Origin: a virus
Taxonomy: Duplodnaviria; Caudoviricetes
DNA: 64,000 nt
IMG/VR virus record: IMGVR_UViG_3300001528_000259
Coordinates: 74,725 to 138,724 of that record
Direction: 5' to 3' (one strand)
Below the pieces are notes generated by a model. It had not been told where the DNA came from. It did not search any database and worked only from the letters and a program-made list of their open reading frames with translations. The translations under genes and the position numbers were made by a program. Shown here one piece after another: positions 42,325 through 52,095 of this stretch (its first letter is position 1; each line of letters begins with the position of its first letter).

Positions 42325-43848
42325 TTAACCCACGGCGTCTCTCTTATCCCGCGACGCTTCTCCATCGTCTGTAAGTTTTTTTCCTGTTTCTTCAGCAGTT
42401 GGCGCTCCGCCAGCATCAGACGAATTACTTTGAGTATGCGAACTAACAAGAGGATGTATAAACTTCGTAGTTGACAGACCAAGTTTTGTTTCAATAAAAT
42501 CTGCGGCAATAGATTCAAGAGGGTTATAACCAAGTAATGTCATATATTCCAATTTTACTGGCATTCCTGCGTTTGCAGCCTTTTCTACCTGTGAAATTCT
42601 ATCTTCTTTTGTGTACGTAGTTACGTCGATAAAACTAATATATGCTTTAGAATTAGGGTATTCCATTAAAATGCGCTCGTTAACAAACGCAGTTATCTGT
42701 GGTAGAATACCTTTCGACGCCATCATAGAGTCGGCTAGCATACTCATCTTGACAGATGTACTTCCAGTAAGTCTACTGCTATCAAACACCTGAGAGATTC
42801 CAGTTTCTTCCATTACATTCTGATAAGCATCAGATATAGCATTTGTATCAGATGTTGCGTTCTTATCAAACGATACGCTATCAACTTTCATTCCTGGGGA
42901 TAAAATTAGCCCAACCTCTTCTGGTAGAGTTTCAAGTGCTTTCTGATAAAATTTCATCGCAGTTGTCAACGACAATGCAAAATCATCGGGGCTCTTTGAA
43001 TCTAGCGTTGGTATCGTCATAACTAACAACTTATAAATATCAAGTGAATCCTTAACATTCATAAGAGCCTGTAAATCCACAAGATCTATCAATGCCTCAA
43101 ATAAAGACGAAAATGGGCTTAATATTAAATCCATATCACTCATATCTATCTTAAACGCTCTCGCCGTATCAAGTTCCTGCCAACGTAGTGAGCTATCGCT
43201 ACTATATGAGTTGAATTTTTTCTTGTACTCAGGATCCCATACGTCAAGATAAAATGAATTAACCCCGTTAAAATACGTAAAATCAAAAGCAACATGCAAT
43301 AAATTATTATAACCAACGGAGCTAATCTTACAATACTGCGAATCCAACGGCATCAATAACATTGTCCCGTCATCGTCTTGATAAGGTTGGAAATAAACAA
43401 TCCCTTCTCGCCACGCAATAACCAACAATTTAAACATATTCATTTCAAGGTTCATCTTGCGCACAAATCTGCACGCATCCTCATAGTCTTGTAAAAGCGC
43501 CTCCTCATCATTGTCTTCGACAAGACTAAAATCTAAATTCACCTTATATGCACTAAAGTCAGGAAGGCTTGCAAAATAGTTTATAATTCTACGCAGCGGG
43601 AATGACAATGTATATAGAAATTTAGCAAGGTTTCTAAGTGAATTTTGAGAGTTTGTAGAATACGGGTTCTGTAAATAGGAACGTAGATTATCCTTACTGA
43701 ATACGGTCCAAGTTTTTGTAGTACTAGACGTTAGGTCTACAAGCCGAAGTATGTCGTCAACCGCTTTTGCGTATTGTTTCATGTTCTCAAGTTTTTCTGT
43801 AAACTGAAGATTTTCTTTTTGTTCTTTTGTAAGGTTTGTTTCTGCCAT
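42325..43848 (-). CDS. Portal protein
   Basis: 507 aa directly after terL; C-terminal HPLVSSHTQS...GGAPT motif. Confidence 0.8.
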   Translation of the reverse strand: MAETNLTKEQKENLQFTEKLENMKQYAKAVDDILRLVDLTSSTTKTWTVFSKDNLRSYLQNPYSTNSQNSLRNLAKFLYTLSFPLRRIINYFASLPDFSAYKVNLDFSLVEDNDEEALLQDYEDACRFVRKMNLEMNMFKLLVIAWREGIVYFQPYQDDDGTMLLMPLDSQYCKISSVGYNNLLHVAFDFTYFNGVNSFYLDVWDPEYKKKFNSYSSDSSLRWQELDTARAFKIDMSDMDLILSPFSSLFEALIDLVDLQALMNVKDSLDIYKLLVMTIPTLDSKSPDDFALSLTTAMKFYQKALETLPEEVGLILSPGMKVDSVSFDKNATSDTNAISDAYQNVMEETGISQVFDSSRLTGSTSVKMSMLADSMMASKGILPQITAFVNERILMEYPNSKAYISFIDVTTYTKEDRISQVEKAANAGMPVKLEYMTLLGYNPLESIAADFIETKLGLSTTKFIHPLVSSHTQSNSSDAGGAPTAEETGKKLTDDGEASRDKRDAVG

Positions 43849-43867
43849 TTATGTCACCTTCCTTTCT

Positions 43868-45910
43868 TTAGTTAAAATATGAATGTACCGATTTTGGACG
43901 GCGGATTTCGAAAAATTTATCTAAATCTTCTATTGGCTTTCTTGTTATTAATGGTTCCCTTCTTAAATACTGCAAGAAATGACATGCCATAACGAATACA
44001 TAACTTCGGTCGTCATTTAATTTATTTGCAACAGATGGAGCCAAATCAAATCTGTCCCCACCATTAGATTGTTTGAATCTATAAATATTAACTAACTCGG
44101 TCTTAAGCGCATCAATTTGCTTAAGTGCAATTTCTTCATCATAGTCTAAATTATGCTTCTCTCGTATAATATCAATGCCCCGTTTAGCCAATTCTTTGTA
44201 TTCTTTTTCTGTTGGGTCTTGATATCTAATAGTTTTTTCCCCAGTTTTAGTATCAACTTCATACATTAAAGTAATATAACCACGATTATCATACTCAGCT
44301 GGAAATTCAACCAAATTTAAACTTATCATTTCAATAGCAGCACGATACATTTCAACTTTATATTTTGTTGGCTGAACCAACATTAATTTATCCTTAATAG
44401 CATTCGGATATAACCGTGGAGCTTCGGGACTATATTCTGCATCTACTAAACCACGATGAATATTACCGTTATTGTCTGCCCAATCTTCCCATAAAAAATC
44501 ACTTGTTTGGACACCAGCACCACCACTACCTGCGTCAATTCCAATACGCAAAATATTTTCATAATCAGCATACCCGTCGCCGTTATAAGTTAATATTAAA
44601 CTCTTCAACTCTTTAATTTGATTTGGCGTAGTCATTGGCGTCTTATTGCGTTTTTCGACATCAATAAGATTAACAACATTTTGAATTTTCATTTTCCATC
44701 CTTGAACGGGATCTTGGTAATATTCTGCACATAAGATAACAGAATTATCCTTGCTTCTTGCTGGATCGTAAAACAATCCCCATTTACTTCCATTGTCGTT
44801 TCTTAACTTAGGCAACCTTGGAACAGAATTTCTAATAATGTCAGCTCTCTTTATAATCTGACCGTCACCGCCTTCAGAAGTGAAAATGTTCTTGTATTCA
44901 CGAAGAGCCGCCTCTTTATCTTCACGCATAGCTTGGTCAACCTTTTCTTGCGTCAACAATGGAACTGGCCATAATTTATTGTGCACTGTAGCATTGATAA
45001 TCACATCACAAGAAATATCTGCACAAAAATACCGCTTATCACCTGCAAACATTCTAAGCGAAAATTCTTTATACTTCTTAAAAAAATATTGGTCTGTACG
45101 ACCAGCAGAAGAACAATATAATAATTGATTGGGAAATGGGGTGGGTTCTGCCAACACGTCTTCTGCATTATAATCTTTACCCATCTTAAACTCTGAATTT
45201 TGAGTAGTAAAAGGCTCAGATGTATGGAATAATTCATCTGGAGAATTCATTGCTTCATCATAAACGTTTAAATTAGAACGTTTAGATCTATTATTATCAA
45301 ACGCACCATTAAGTGTAAAACACTGGCTTCCACCATAAGTTCTTACAGTATATGACGCGGGATTGTGAATCCATCCAGTTGAATTGGCTTGTGATTTTAC
45401 AACATTACTTTGAAAAATATCGTTTAAGTTTGTAAATGACGCAATATTTTTCATTGCAAACTGTTCCATCTTAGTAAATAACTCAATTGATTGAGATCCA
45501 ACCGCAGCTAAAATGTATGCCTTAAATCCAGGAATTAAAAGCATTTTCGCCATAATAAATAAAGCCGCAAGTAAAGATTTTCCTCCATTACGGCTCATGG
45601 CCCATGCGACAAATGGCTTATTCCATGAACTATCAATAAGATATCTCTGATAGTCCATCAATTGAACATTGAAAACTTCCTCTATAAATCTAGAAGGATT
45701 CCGTCTACCCCATTGCAAGAACTCTGCCAAATCCGTCTTTTCTCTATATTTCTTTGTTGTCATATCATAAAGGTTTGGTTTAACAAAAATTCCACCTTCA
45801 CAAAAAACATCTCCAAGTTCTTCACATAATTCTTTAAAGCCATCAAAACAATCTTCTATGCAAGTCTCTAATATCTGGCGTTCGGTTAAGATAGTATCAT
45901 TCACCATCAA
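43868..45910 (-). CDS. terL: Terminase large subunit
   Basis: Walker A MSRNGGKS, Walker B VYDE, coupling motif CSSA, nuclease motifs YDPA, IDAG and DDR. Confidence 0.9.
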   Translation of the reverse strand: MMVNDTILTERQILETCIEDCFDGFKELCEELGDVFCEGGIFVKPNLYDMTTKKYREKTDLAEFLQWGRRNPSRFIEEVFNVQLMDYQRYLIDSSWNKPFVAWAMSRNGGKSLLAALFIMAKMLLIPGFKAYILAAVGSQSIELFTKMEQFAMKNIASFTNLNDIFQSNVVKSQANSTGWIHNPASYTVRTYGGSQCFTLNGAFDNNRSKRSNLNVYDEAMNSPDELFHTSEPFTTQNSEFKMGKDYNAEDVLAEPTPFPNQLLYCSSAGRTDQYFFKKYKEFSLRMFAGDKRYFCADISCDVIINATVHNKLWPVPLLTQEKVDQAMREDKEAALREYKNIFTSEGGDGQIIKRADIIRNSVPRLPKLRNDNGSKWGLFYDPARSKDNSVILCAEYYQDPVQGWKMKIQNVVNLIDVEKRNKTPMTTPNQIKELKSLILTYNGDGYADYENILRIGIDAGSGGAGVQTSDFLWEDWADNNGNIHRGLVDAEYSPEAPRLYPNAIKDKLMLVQPTKYKVEMYRAAIEMISLNLVEFPAEYDNRGYITLMYEVDTKTGEKTIRYQDPTEKEYKELAKRGIDIIREKHNLDYDEEIALKQIDALKTELVNIYRFKQSNGGDRFDLAPSVANKLNDDRSYVFVMACHFLQYLRREPLITRKPIEDLDKFFEIRRPKSVHSYFN

Positions 45911-47090
45911 TCACCTGCCCAAACTCATCAATAAATCCTTTTTCTCTTAAGAATTCCTTCAAATCTTTATTTTCAACAAGCAAAACTCTTGCTCTCTCAA
46001 CAGCTTTATCTCTTTGCTTTTGCAAATCATCAACAAGTTCTCTTCTAATGTTATTAATTTCAGACATTACATTTTCATCGAATCCAATCTGATCCACTTG
46101 TGCTTTTGCACTAATTTCCGCAACTTGTTGCATTCCTTTGCAATAATCAATATCATACATATTAATCTTAGCATTTCTAAAACCGATAAGATCTAATTCT
46201 TTCATTTTACCTGTAAGAGTATTTTGACCCTTGCTTTTGTTGTTATTAAAATTAACACTAATCCCATTATCTTTAGCAAGAGCATTAGCTCCGCTAAGTA
46301 ATTTTGATATTGTATCTGCGTGTTGCTTAATAGTACCATTATTACTATTTAACTTTTGAGTATCTGCAGATAACTCATTAATCGCATCATTAAGTTTCTG
46401 TATTTGATTAAATGCTTGCACTATCTGAATAACAGCATTCATTTTCATGCCATCATTCTTCGTCTCTTCATCGATAAAACTAATCAACTGAGCATACAAC
46501 ACAGGCAAATCTTGTTCAACTGGATAATTTGCAAATGGATCATATCCAATAAGACGAATAATATCTTTTTTATTAGTTTTGTATTCATCTAAAACCTCTG
46601 GAGTTAATGTTCTTTCAACGTCTTCTTCACTAATTTTAGTAGACCCTTCTTTAAACAAGTCCCCATCTCTCCACCGCATTCCATTGTACTGCGGTAACCT
46701 AACGTTTTTAATATACGCCGACCAAACATTAGTCTTTGGCTGCTTTAAACTCGGATCGTGTACCTCATTATACGAGCTTTCCCAAAGTTGTTCCAAGTAC
46801 GGAGAATCAATTCTTTCCAATGCCTCACACAGCGAAGCCTTGGTAACTTCACCATACTGCCCCCTTTGCTCACTATAATTTCGAGCAATTTTCTCGATAC
46901 ACAACTTGCAAAAAGGAGTAACTCCGACACTATTAAATGGGTCTGTTGATGTATAAAACAATGTTTTCTTTTTCTTTTCGCCGCAACAGTAGCAAAGATA
47001 TTCTTCTTTATTTTCTACCGTTTTTTGAGCGGTAGTCGCCATTGATTTCTTAGACGCAGATTTTCCCATCGCACGAGGCATCACGATCAC
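45897..47090 (-). CDS. Putative terminase small subunit/packaging-associated zinc-finger protein
   Basis: CxxC...CxxC N-terminus and coiled-coil C-terminus; overlaps the terL start. Confidence 0.5.
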   Translation of the reverse strand: MIVMPRAMGKSASKKSMATTAQKTVENKEEYLCYCCGEKKKKTLFYTSTDPFNSVGVTPFCKLCIEKIARNYSEQRGQYGEVTKASLCEALERIDSPYLEQLWESSYNEVHDPSLKQPKTNVWSAYIKNVRLPQYNGMRWRDGDLFKEGSTKISEEDVERTLTPEVLDEYKTNKKDIIRLIGYDPFANYPVEQDLPVLYAQLISFIDEETKNDGMKMNAVIQIVQAFNQIQKLNDAINELSADTQKLNSNNGTIKQHADTISKLLSGANALAKDNGISVNFNNNKSKGQNTLTGKMKELDLIGFRNAKINMYDIDYCKGMQQVAEISAKAQVDQIGFDENVMSEINNIRRELVDDLQKQRDKAVERARVLLVENKDLKEFLREKGFIDEFGQVIDGE

Positions 47091-47116
47091 TCCTTCCTGT
47101 AGATTTATAAAAGCAA

Positions 47117-47431
47117 TTAATCAAGATCCGCTTCGGGCTTTTCGACTTCTGCCTCTCTTTTGGCTTTAGCTTCTTCAACAAGCTGAGCGTAATCTGCCTG
47201 AAAGGTAGAAGTATTTAAAAATACGGGCACACTTCTATCGGGTTCAATGGCACCATCAGAATTTCTATATGGCTTATAATCAATTATCATATTCATATGA
47301 CAACCACAATTTTCTTCTATAGGTTTACCACACACAGGGCAAAACTTAATTTCCTCATTCATTTTTAGGAGTTTTCTTGTGATCTTAGGTTCAAAAACCA
47401 ATTGACTCTTTTTTGTTTTAGTTTCTTTCAT
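47117..47431 (-). CDS. Hypothetical protein with CPVCG zinc ribbon
   Basis: 104-aa ORF. Confidence 0.5.
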   Translation of the reverse strand: MKETKTKKSQLVFEPKITRKLLKMNEEIKFCPVCGKPIEENCGCHMNMIIDYKPYRNSDGAIEPDRSVPVFLNTSTFQADYAQLVEEAKAKREAEVEKPEADLD

Positions 47432-47455
47432 AAAATTCTATTCTCTCTTTCTAAA

Positions 47456-48205
47456 TCATTTTGTATTGTTAATTCCATACTGTCCATATAAGTATTTCTG
47501 CGGAGCAAATTCTCCGAAGTACTTAACTTCGGCTTCAAGTCTAGCACGAATAGCATCATCTTTATCTGCAAACCTTCCTATTGTAATACCTTTTTTGTTT
47601 ACCTTGATCTGCACCATCCACTTATTCGTTTGTTTGTCCCAATATACTCCAGTAACACCAGATTTATTACTGGAATATGTAGACCTATTTCGGCTATTTT
47701 CCATTGAAGTCGCTTTTCTTAAATTATTTTTACGATTATTTAACTCATTGCGGTCTATGTGATCATAATATTTAAATCCTAAATATCCATGCATAGTAAC
47801 AGTTTTTCTATTTTCTGGATTATAGCCAAATAATATTTTCATATTATGTTTAATACGCACTCTCCAATAAATATGTTTAATTTTTTCATAATCATCCAAA
47901 TCAACATAAAATAAATCATCAGTATTTCCACTAATGCCTATAACATAATCTTCCATAAAAATATATTGATTGTATTTCTTAAATCTTTTATGTGTATCTT
48001 CTTGTTTTACGCATCCACAAGAAGGACACCTATCTGACTTAAGAGCAGAGTCTCTTCTAATTACCTTATTGTGCTTTTCACAGCTACATTCGCATAGCCA
48101 CCGAGCATAATGCACTCCATCTCTATCTACATAATCTTCTGCCTGCTCGATGACTTTTAATCTGCCAAAGACTCTTCCAGTCAAATCTTCTCTAACTTTC
48201 ACCAT
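47456..48205 (-). CDS. Free-standing HNH endonuclease with C-terminal AP2 domain
   Basis: DLTGRVFGRL; DHIDRNELNNRKNNLR; SGVTGVYW...A..AR..AE.KYFGEFA. Confidence 0.85.
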   Translation of the reverse strand: MVKVREDLTGRVFGRLKVIEQAEDYVDRDGVHYARWLCECSCEKHNKVIRRDSALKSDRCPSCGCVKQEDTHKRFKKYNQYIFMEDYVIGISGNTDDLFYVDLDDYEKIKHIYWRVRIKHNMKILFGYNPENRKTVTMHGYLGFKYYDHIDRNELNNRKNNLRKATSMENSRNRSTYSSNKSGVTGVYWDKQTNKWMVQIKVNKKGITIGRFADKDDAIRARLEAEVKYFGEFAPQKYLYGQYGINNTK

Positions 48206-48243
48206 AATAATTACCTCCAAAAATTTACTCAAATAAATATTTT

Positions 48244-48417
48244 TTATTTTTTATGTTGAGACCACTGAGTTAATAGTTCGTCTAACTTATCAGTTCTAAA
48301 ATAAACCCAAAACATATTTTTACTGTTTGGGTTCAATGCACATAGTTCATATTTTACTCCGTGCTTGTATAAAAAATCACGAAGATCTACGCTATAACAG
48401 CAATATAAACATCTCAT
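48244..48417 (-). CDS. Small hypothetical protein (DUF5659-like)
   Basis: CYS..L..FL...G...NP.S...FWVY pattern; start after GGAG. Confidence 0.55.
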   Translation of the reverse strand: MRCLYCCYSVDLRDFLYKHGVKYELCALNPNSKNMFWVYFRTDKLDELLTQWSQHKK

Positions 48418-48454
48418 ATTCTTTTCTCCAATTCTTTTAATTGCTTTATATTTT

Positions 48455-49684
48455 TTACAGTTTAATTTTATATTCAAGGGTCACGCCCTTATTTTCCTCA
48501 ATGCAGAACAATACAGCACCTGGGTTAGAAGTCTTGTTCAGACTCATAGAATAATCATCAACGCCAATAATACTCGGCACATTAATAACATCCTTGTTTA
48601 CGCCAACGGTCTCTGCCTTATAATGATGCATGTGTCCTCCAAGTAGCACCTGAATATTGGTATTATATGTATTCGAGAAATCCTTAATAGCGTTCTCCAT
48701 ATTACGAACCTCGCCATGTATGCCAAGCACATTAAGACCTTCGATGTTATCAAAAATTAACCCCGTAGGATTAACAATCATCTCAAAGTTGGGGTTATTT
48801 TCAAGATATGCCCTAATCATTTCTCTTACAAACATACCCGTATTTTCTTCCTTAAAAGTGCCTTTAGGCTGACCCAACATACGGAGCTCCGAATGGTTGC
48901 CGTACACCATCTGATACTCAACCTTGATATACTTTGATAGTTCATTGAGCCAATTAGCAATAAAATTCGCATACTTGACAGTACTTTCAACAACACCATA
49001 TCTCAATTTCATTAACTGGCCACATCTGAGTATTCCATCTGTAAAGTCACCGAGTGCGAACACATAAAGTGTAGTTAGACTTTCCTTCTGCACAATATCA
49101 ATTACTTTATAAAACAAATCCCACATTCTCTGCTCAAAAATCTCAGGACTATATGAATTAATAATCTCACCATAAAGACCGTAGATGGTAAACTCGGCAG
49201 AGTAGTGCTCATCGCCAAAAGCCAATACTGCGCTGCGACTTGGTTTATTTACAACAATTGGTTCTGGGATGTCTAATGCGCGAGCAGACTTAATCTCATT
49301 ACAAATCTTTTCACAAATAAGTTCATCTCTTGCTTCCTCGCGAAGCCACTTATTATACTCAAGCTTTTCTGTCTGAATCTGAGTCTTAAGTTTTTGCAGC
49401 TCTCTCTTCTGATCCACATAGTCACTCGCTTGTTGTGTTGTGAACTGTTCTTTACTGAACAACTGCTCATAAGCATCAAGGTAATTCCTATATTTTTTGC
49501 GGTACGCCGAAGCATCAAAAAAACATGTTTCATCTTCGCGGTATGCATTATTAAATTCTGTGGCTATCTCTGGCCAAGTCAAATCACCCAGTATTCCAGA
49601 ATCTTTTGCCTGACCAACAGCCCACAGCGCTTCATATTCTGTCTTACCATCAATCATTTGTCTAACTTTTAAAATATCATTCAT
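48455..49684 (-). CDS. Calcineurin-like metallophosphoesterase with N-terminal coiled coil (YonJ-like)
   Basis: GDEH, LGDFTDG, GNH, HG and GHMH metal-binding motifs. Confidence 0.8.
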   Translation of the reverse strand: MNDILKVRQMIDGKTEYEALWAVGQAKDSGILGDLTWPEIATEFNNAYREDETCFFDASAYRKKYRNYLDAYEQLFSKEQFTTQQASDYVDQKRELQKLKTQIQTEKLEYNKWLREEARDELICEKICNEIKSARALDIPEPIVVNKPSRSAVLAFGDEHYSAEFTIYGLYGEIINSYSPEIFEQRMWDLFYKVIDIVQKESLTTLYVFALGDFTDGILRCGQLMKLRYGVVESTVKYANFIANWLNELSKYIKVEYQMVYGNHSELRMLGQPKGTFKEENTGMFVREMIRAYLENNPNFEMIVNPTGLIFDNIEGLNVLGIHGEVRNMENAIKDFSNTYNTNIQVLLGGHMHHYKAETVGVNKDVINVPSIIGVDDYSMSLNKTSNPGAVLFCIEENKGVTLEYKIKL

Positions 49685-49724
49685 AATCTTCTATCCTTTC
49701 TTCTAAAATACAAAAAGAACGGTA

Positions 49725-50045
49725 TTAACCGTCCTTCTGATCATTATATGCAGCTTCTAATTTTAATCTAAAGTCCTGGCTAAATTTAGCAAATGGCTTC
49801 GGACTTTCTGCCACTACAATCGGCTCCTGTGTGCGAGGATCTACTCTATCTCTTTGCGGGTTCTTTTTGCAACCTAATTTAATTCCAGTGGTAATCTGAA
49901 TTTTAACATCATCTTCAAGCGTTGCTTTACACATTTCCTCAAATACAACATCGTCAAGACACTGCAAAAGACTCCTCACGTCTTTCATATAATATCCGCT
50001 ACGCTCTGACAATTTTTTTACAAGCTCTTCTCTCGTTATCGTCAT
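49725..50045 (-). CDS. HU/IHF-like DNA-binding protein
   Basis: MTITREELVKKLSERSG...RVDPRTQEPIVV...KPFAKFS; the longer ORF-track start overlaps a tRNA. Confidence 0.8.
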   Translation of the reverse strand: MTITREELVKKLSERSGYYMKDVRSLLQCLDDVVFEEMCKATLEDDVKIQITTGIKLGCKKNPQRDRVDPRTQEPIVVAESPKPFAKFSQDFRLKLEAAYNDQKDG

Positions 50046-50093
50046 TGTTTTATTTCTCCTTTTTCTTTTTATGTAAATTTGTATAATTAATAA

Positions 50094-50169
50094 TGGTGAT
50101 TCGCGAGGGATTCCAACCCCCATCTTTCGGTTTCGAAGACCGACATCATATGCCTTAGACCAGCGAACC
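50094..50169 (-). tRNA. tRNA-Arg(UCG), atypical T-loop
   Basis: Acceptor GGTTCGC/GCGAATC plus ACCA; anticodon arm TCGGT-CTTCGAA-ACCGA; T arm GGGGG-TTGGAAT-CCCTC. Confidence 0.75.
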
Positions 50170-50288
50170 ATATTAAGGGCTCTGCTCCCATAGGAAATTA
50201 TGTGCACCTAACTGTGTTTTCTACAAAATAGCAGTAAAAGTAATGAACTGAACCGCACAAACGTAGACATAACCAACAGAGCCTATGT

Positions 50289-50363
50289 TGGAGCTGGCGG
50301 AGAATTACGATATCTCAACCTGCACATTACAAGTGTGCCGCTCTACCGTTGAGCTACGCCAGC
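50289..50363 (-). tRNA. tRNA-Thr(UGU), atypical T-arm
   Basis: Acceptor GCTGGCG/CGCCAGC plus TCCA; D arm GCTC-AACGGTA-GAGC; anticodon arm GCACA-CTTGTAA-TGTGC. Confidence 0.8.
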
Positions 50364-50405
50364 ATATAAGCGGTGTTTATCGCGCACACCGCAAAGCGTA
50401 TATAT

Positions 50406-50597
50406 TTATTCTCTAATTGTTGCTAAACCATCTATATCACAACTGATAGTCAAAGTAACTTCGCGCCCATCAAAATCAGGCACAAGTTTATCAAACGGAA
50501 CATCGCCTATATCTTCGATAGACACGATGATTCTGCCGTCTGGTTCAATATTTAACACACCTTTAATTGTAATGTTACTATTAATTTTAATACTCAT
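50406..50597 (-). CDS. YonK-like small protein
   Basis: 63 aa; IKGVL...L..FDGREVTLTI pattern. Confidence 0.6.
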   Translation of the reverse strand: MSIKINSNITIKGVLNIEPDGRIIVSIEDIGDVPFDKLVPDFDGREVTLTISCDIDGLATIRE

Positions 50598-50611
50598 ACG
50601 AACGCCTCAAC

Positions 50612-51322
50612 TCATTTCAACTCATCTGCATGACTTGAAATCCAACCACGATAATTAGTATTCAGTTCGCATACCGCTGTTCTCGGATCATCCTTAAAAT
50701 GCTCAAGATAACGCACAAAACCACTGTTCTCTGGATTGTGATACAAATCAATCTGCCCACTATGTCCAATGACAATCACCTTACAACTATCAGCCATGCG
50801 CGTCAAAGTCTTTTTTAACTCATCAAGATAATAGTTCTGAGCTTCATCTATAATAACAACCTTGTTCTCAAAGTTACATCCCCTTAAATAAACGTGTGTA
50901 ATCGCGTCTATATAAGATGTTCCATTTTTTTGATTCATAATATTGTATTGATGAACCGCCGTATTCGGGTTAATATTAAGTTTAATTAACGCTTCTATAA
51001 ATGGTTCGCTATAAACAGCCGTCTTATTTTCTATTTCGCCCGGAAGAAAACCAAGTTTGCTTTCCTGAGTAGGAGAGGAAATATAAACAATGCCGTCATA
51101 CAGTCCATACTGAACTAACAAATTTGCAGTTGCCGTAGCAATAAACGTTTTACCCGTGCCTGCTCGTGCATTACAGAAAACTATAAGTTTTTCTGGATCC
51201 CATATCATATCTCTAAACACCTTTTGTTCGTCATCAAGATTAAATCCATAAAACGGATGATCTTTGAGGGTTTTAGGAGCGTCCGATCCAGCAGAATATT
51301 TTACATTATAAGATTTCGCCAT
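50612..51322 (-). CDS. phoH: PhoH-family ATPase
   Basis: ARAGTGKT, LGFLPG, YLRG, IIDEAQN, LTR and G...QID motifs. Confidence 0.92.
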   Translation of the reverse strand: MAKSYNVKYSAGSDAPKTLKDHPFYGFNLDDEQKVFRDMIWDPEKLIVFCNARAGTGKTFIATATANLLVQYGLYDGIVYISSPTQESKLGFLPGEIENKTAVYSEPFIEALIKLNINPNTAVHQYNIMNQKNGTSYIDAITHVYLRGCNFENKVVIIDEAQNYYLDELKKTLTRMADSCKVIVIGHSGQIDLYHNPENSGFVRYLEHFKDDPRTAVCELNTNYRGWISSHADELK

Positions 51323-51335
51323 AAGTTATCTCCAA

Positions 51336-52085
51336 TCATTGTGTTATATCTAATGGTGCGTTCTGTTTATACAAAGATTCATTTGGTGCAAATTCACCAA
51401 AATATTCAATTTCAGCTTGTCTACGAACATCAATTGCTTGTTGCTTGTTTGCAAAACTTCCTAAATAATAGTCTTTGCCATTACAAAACAGCCTAGCACA
51501 CCACCTGTTTATTCGTTTATCAAAATATACACCTAAATTGCCACTATTATTATTTGGAAATGAAACTCTATGACGCACATTTTCAGCTATTGTACAAACT
51601 CTTAAATTACTCTTTCTATTGTCTAATTTATTGCCATTTATATGGTCAACCACCATATCACCTGAGCAATTCATTATAATCCTATGCATACTCACATTCG
51701 TATCATCCTTATGAGCATATGCATATCCATAATTATTCAACATCCAGCAATAATTCTTAATCAAATCATAATCTTCTATATCAAAATAGAATTCTTGGTC
51801 GTTATTAGAAAGAAAACCAATTCCATATTCTTTTGATAAATCATATTGGTTATATTTTTTACACCTATTACTCGTCTGTTCTCGATTGAAACATCCACAA
51901 GATTTAGTATGTCCACTTTTCAAATCTTGTGATGTCACGAAAACAATATTTTTATCCACGCACGAGCAAATACACTTCCACATTGGATAATGACGGCCAC
52001 ACGGTGCAATATAATCCTCTGATTGTTCAATTACAATAAGCCTTCCAAATTTCATTCCAGTTAAATCTTTTCTAACTTTAACCAT
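51336..52085 (-). CDS. Free-standing HNH endonuclease with AP2 domain
   Basis: DLTGMKFGRL; SMHR...VDHINGNKLDNRKSNLR; AP2-like C-terminus; paralogue of 47456-48205. Confidence 0.87.
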   Translation of the reverse strand: MVKVRKDLTGMKFGRLIVIEQSEDYIAPCGRHYPMWKCICSCVDKNIVFVTSQDLKSGHTKSCGCFNREQTSNRCKKYNQYDLSKEYGIGFLSNNDQEFYFDIEDYDLIKNYCWMLNNYGYAYAHKDDTNVSMHRIIMNCSGDMVVDHINGNKLDNRKSNLRVCTIAENVRHRVSFPNNNSGNLGVYFDKRINRWCARLFCNGKDYYLGSFANKQQAIDVRRQAEIEYFGEFAPNESLYKQNAPLDITQ

Positions 52086-52095
52086 TTGTATATCC

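Noticed and set aside
50094-50169. Reading this tRNA as Glu(UUC)
   Set aside because: The 5-bp stem fixes the loop as CUUCGAA, placing UCG at positions 34-36.
50046-50207. N-terminal extension of the HU-like ORF
   Set aside because: Overlaps tRNA-Arg; HU similarity and the SD point to ATG 50045.
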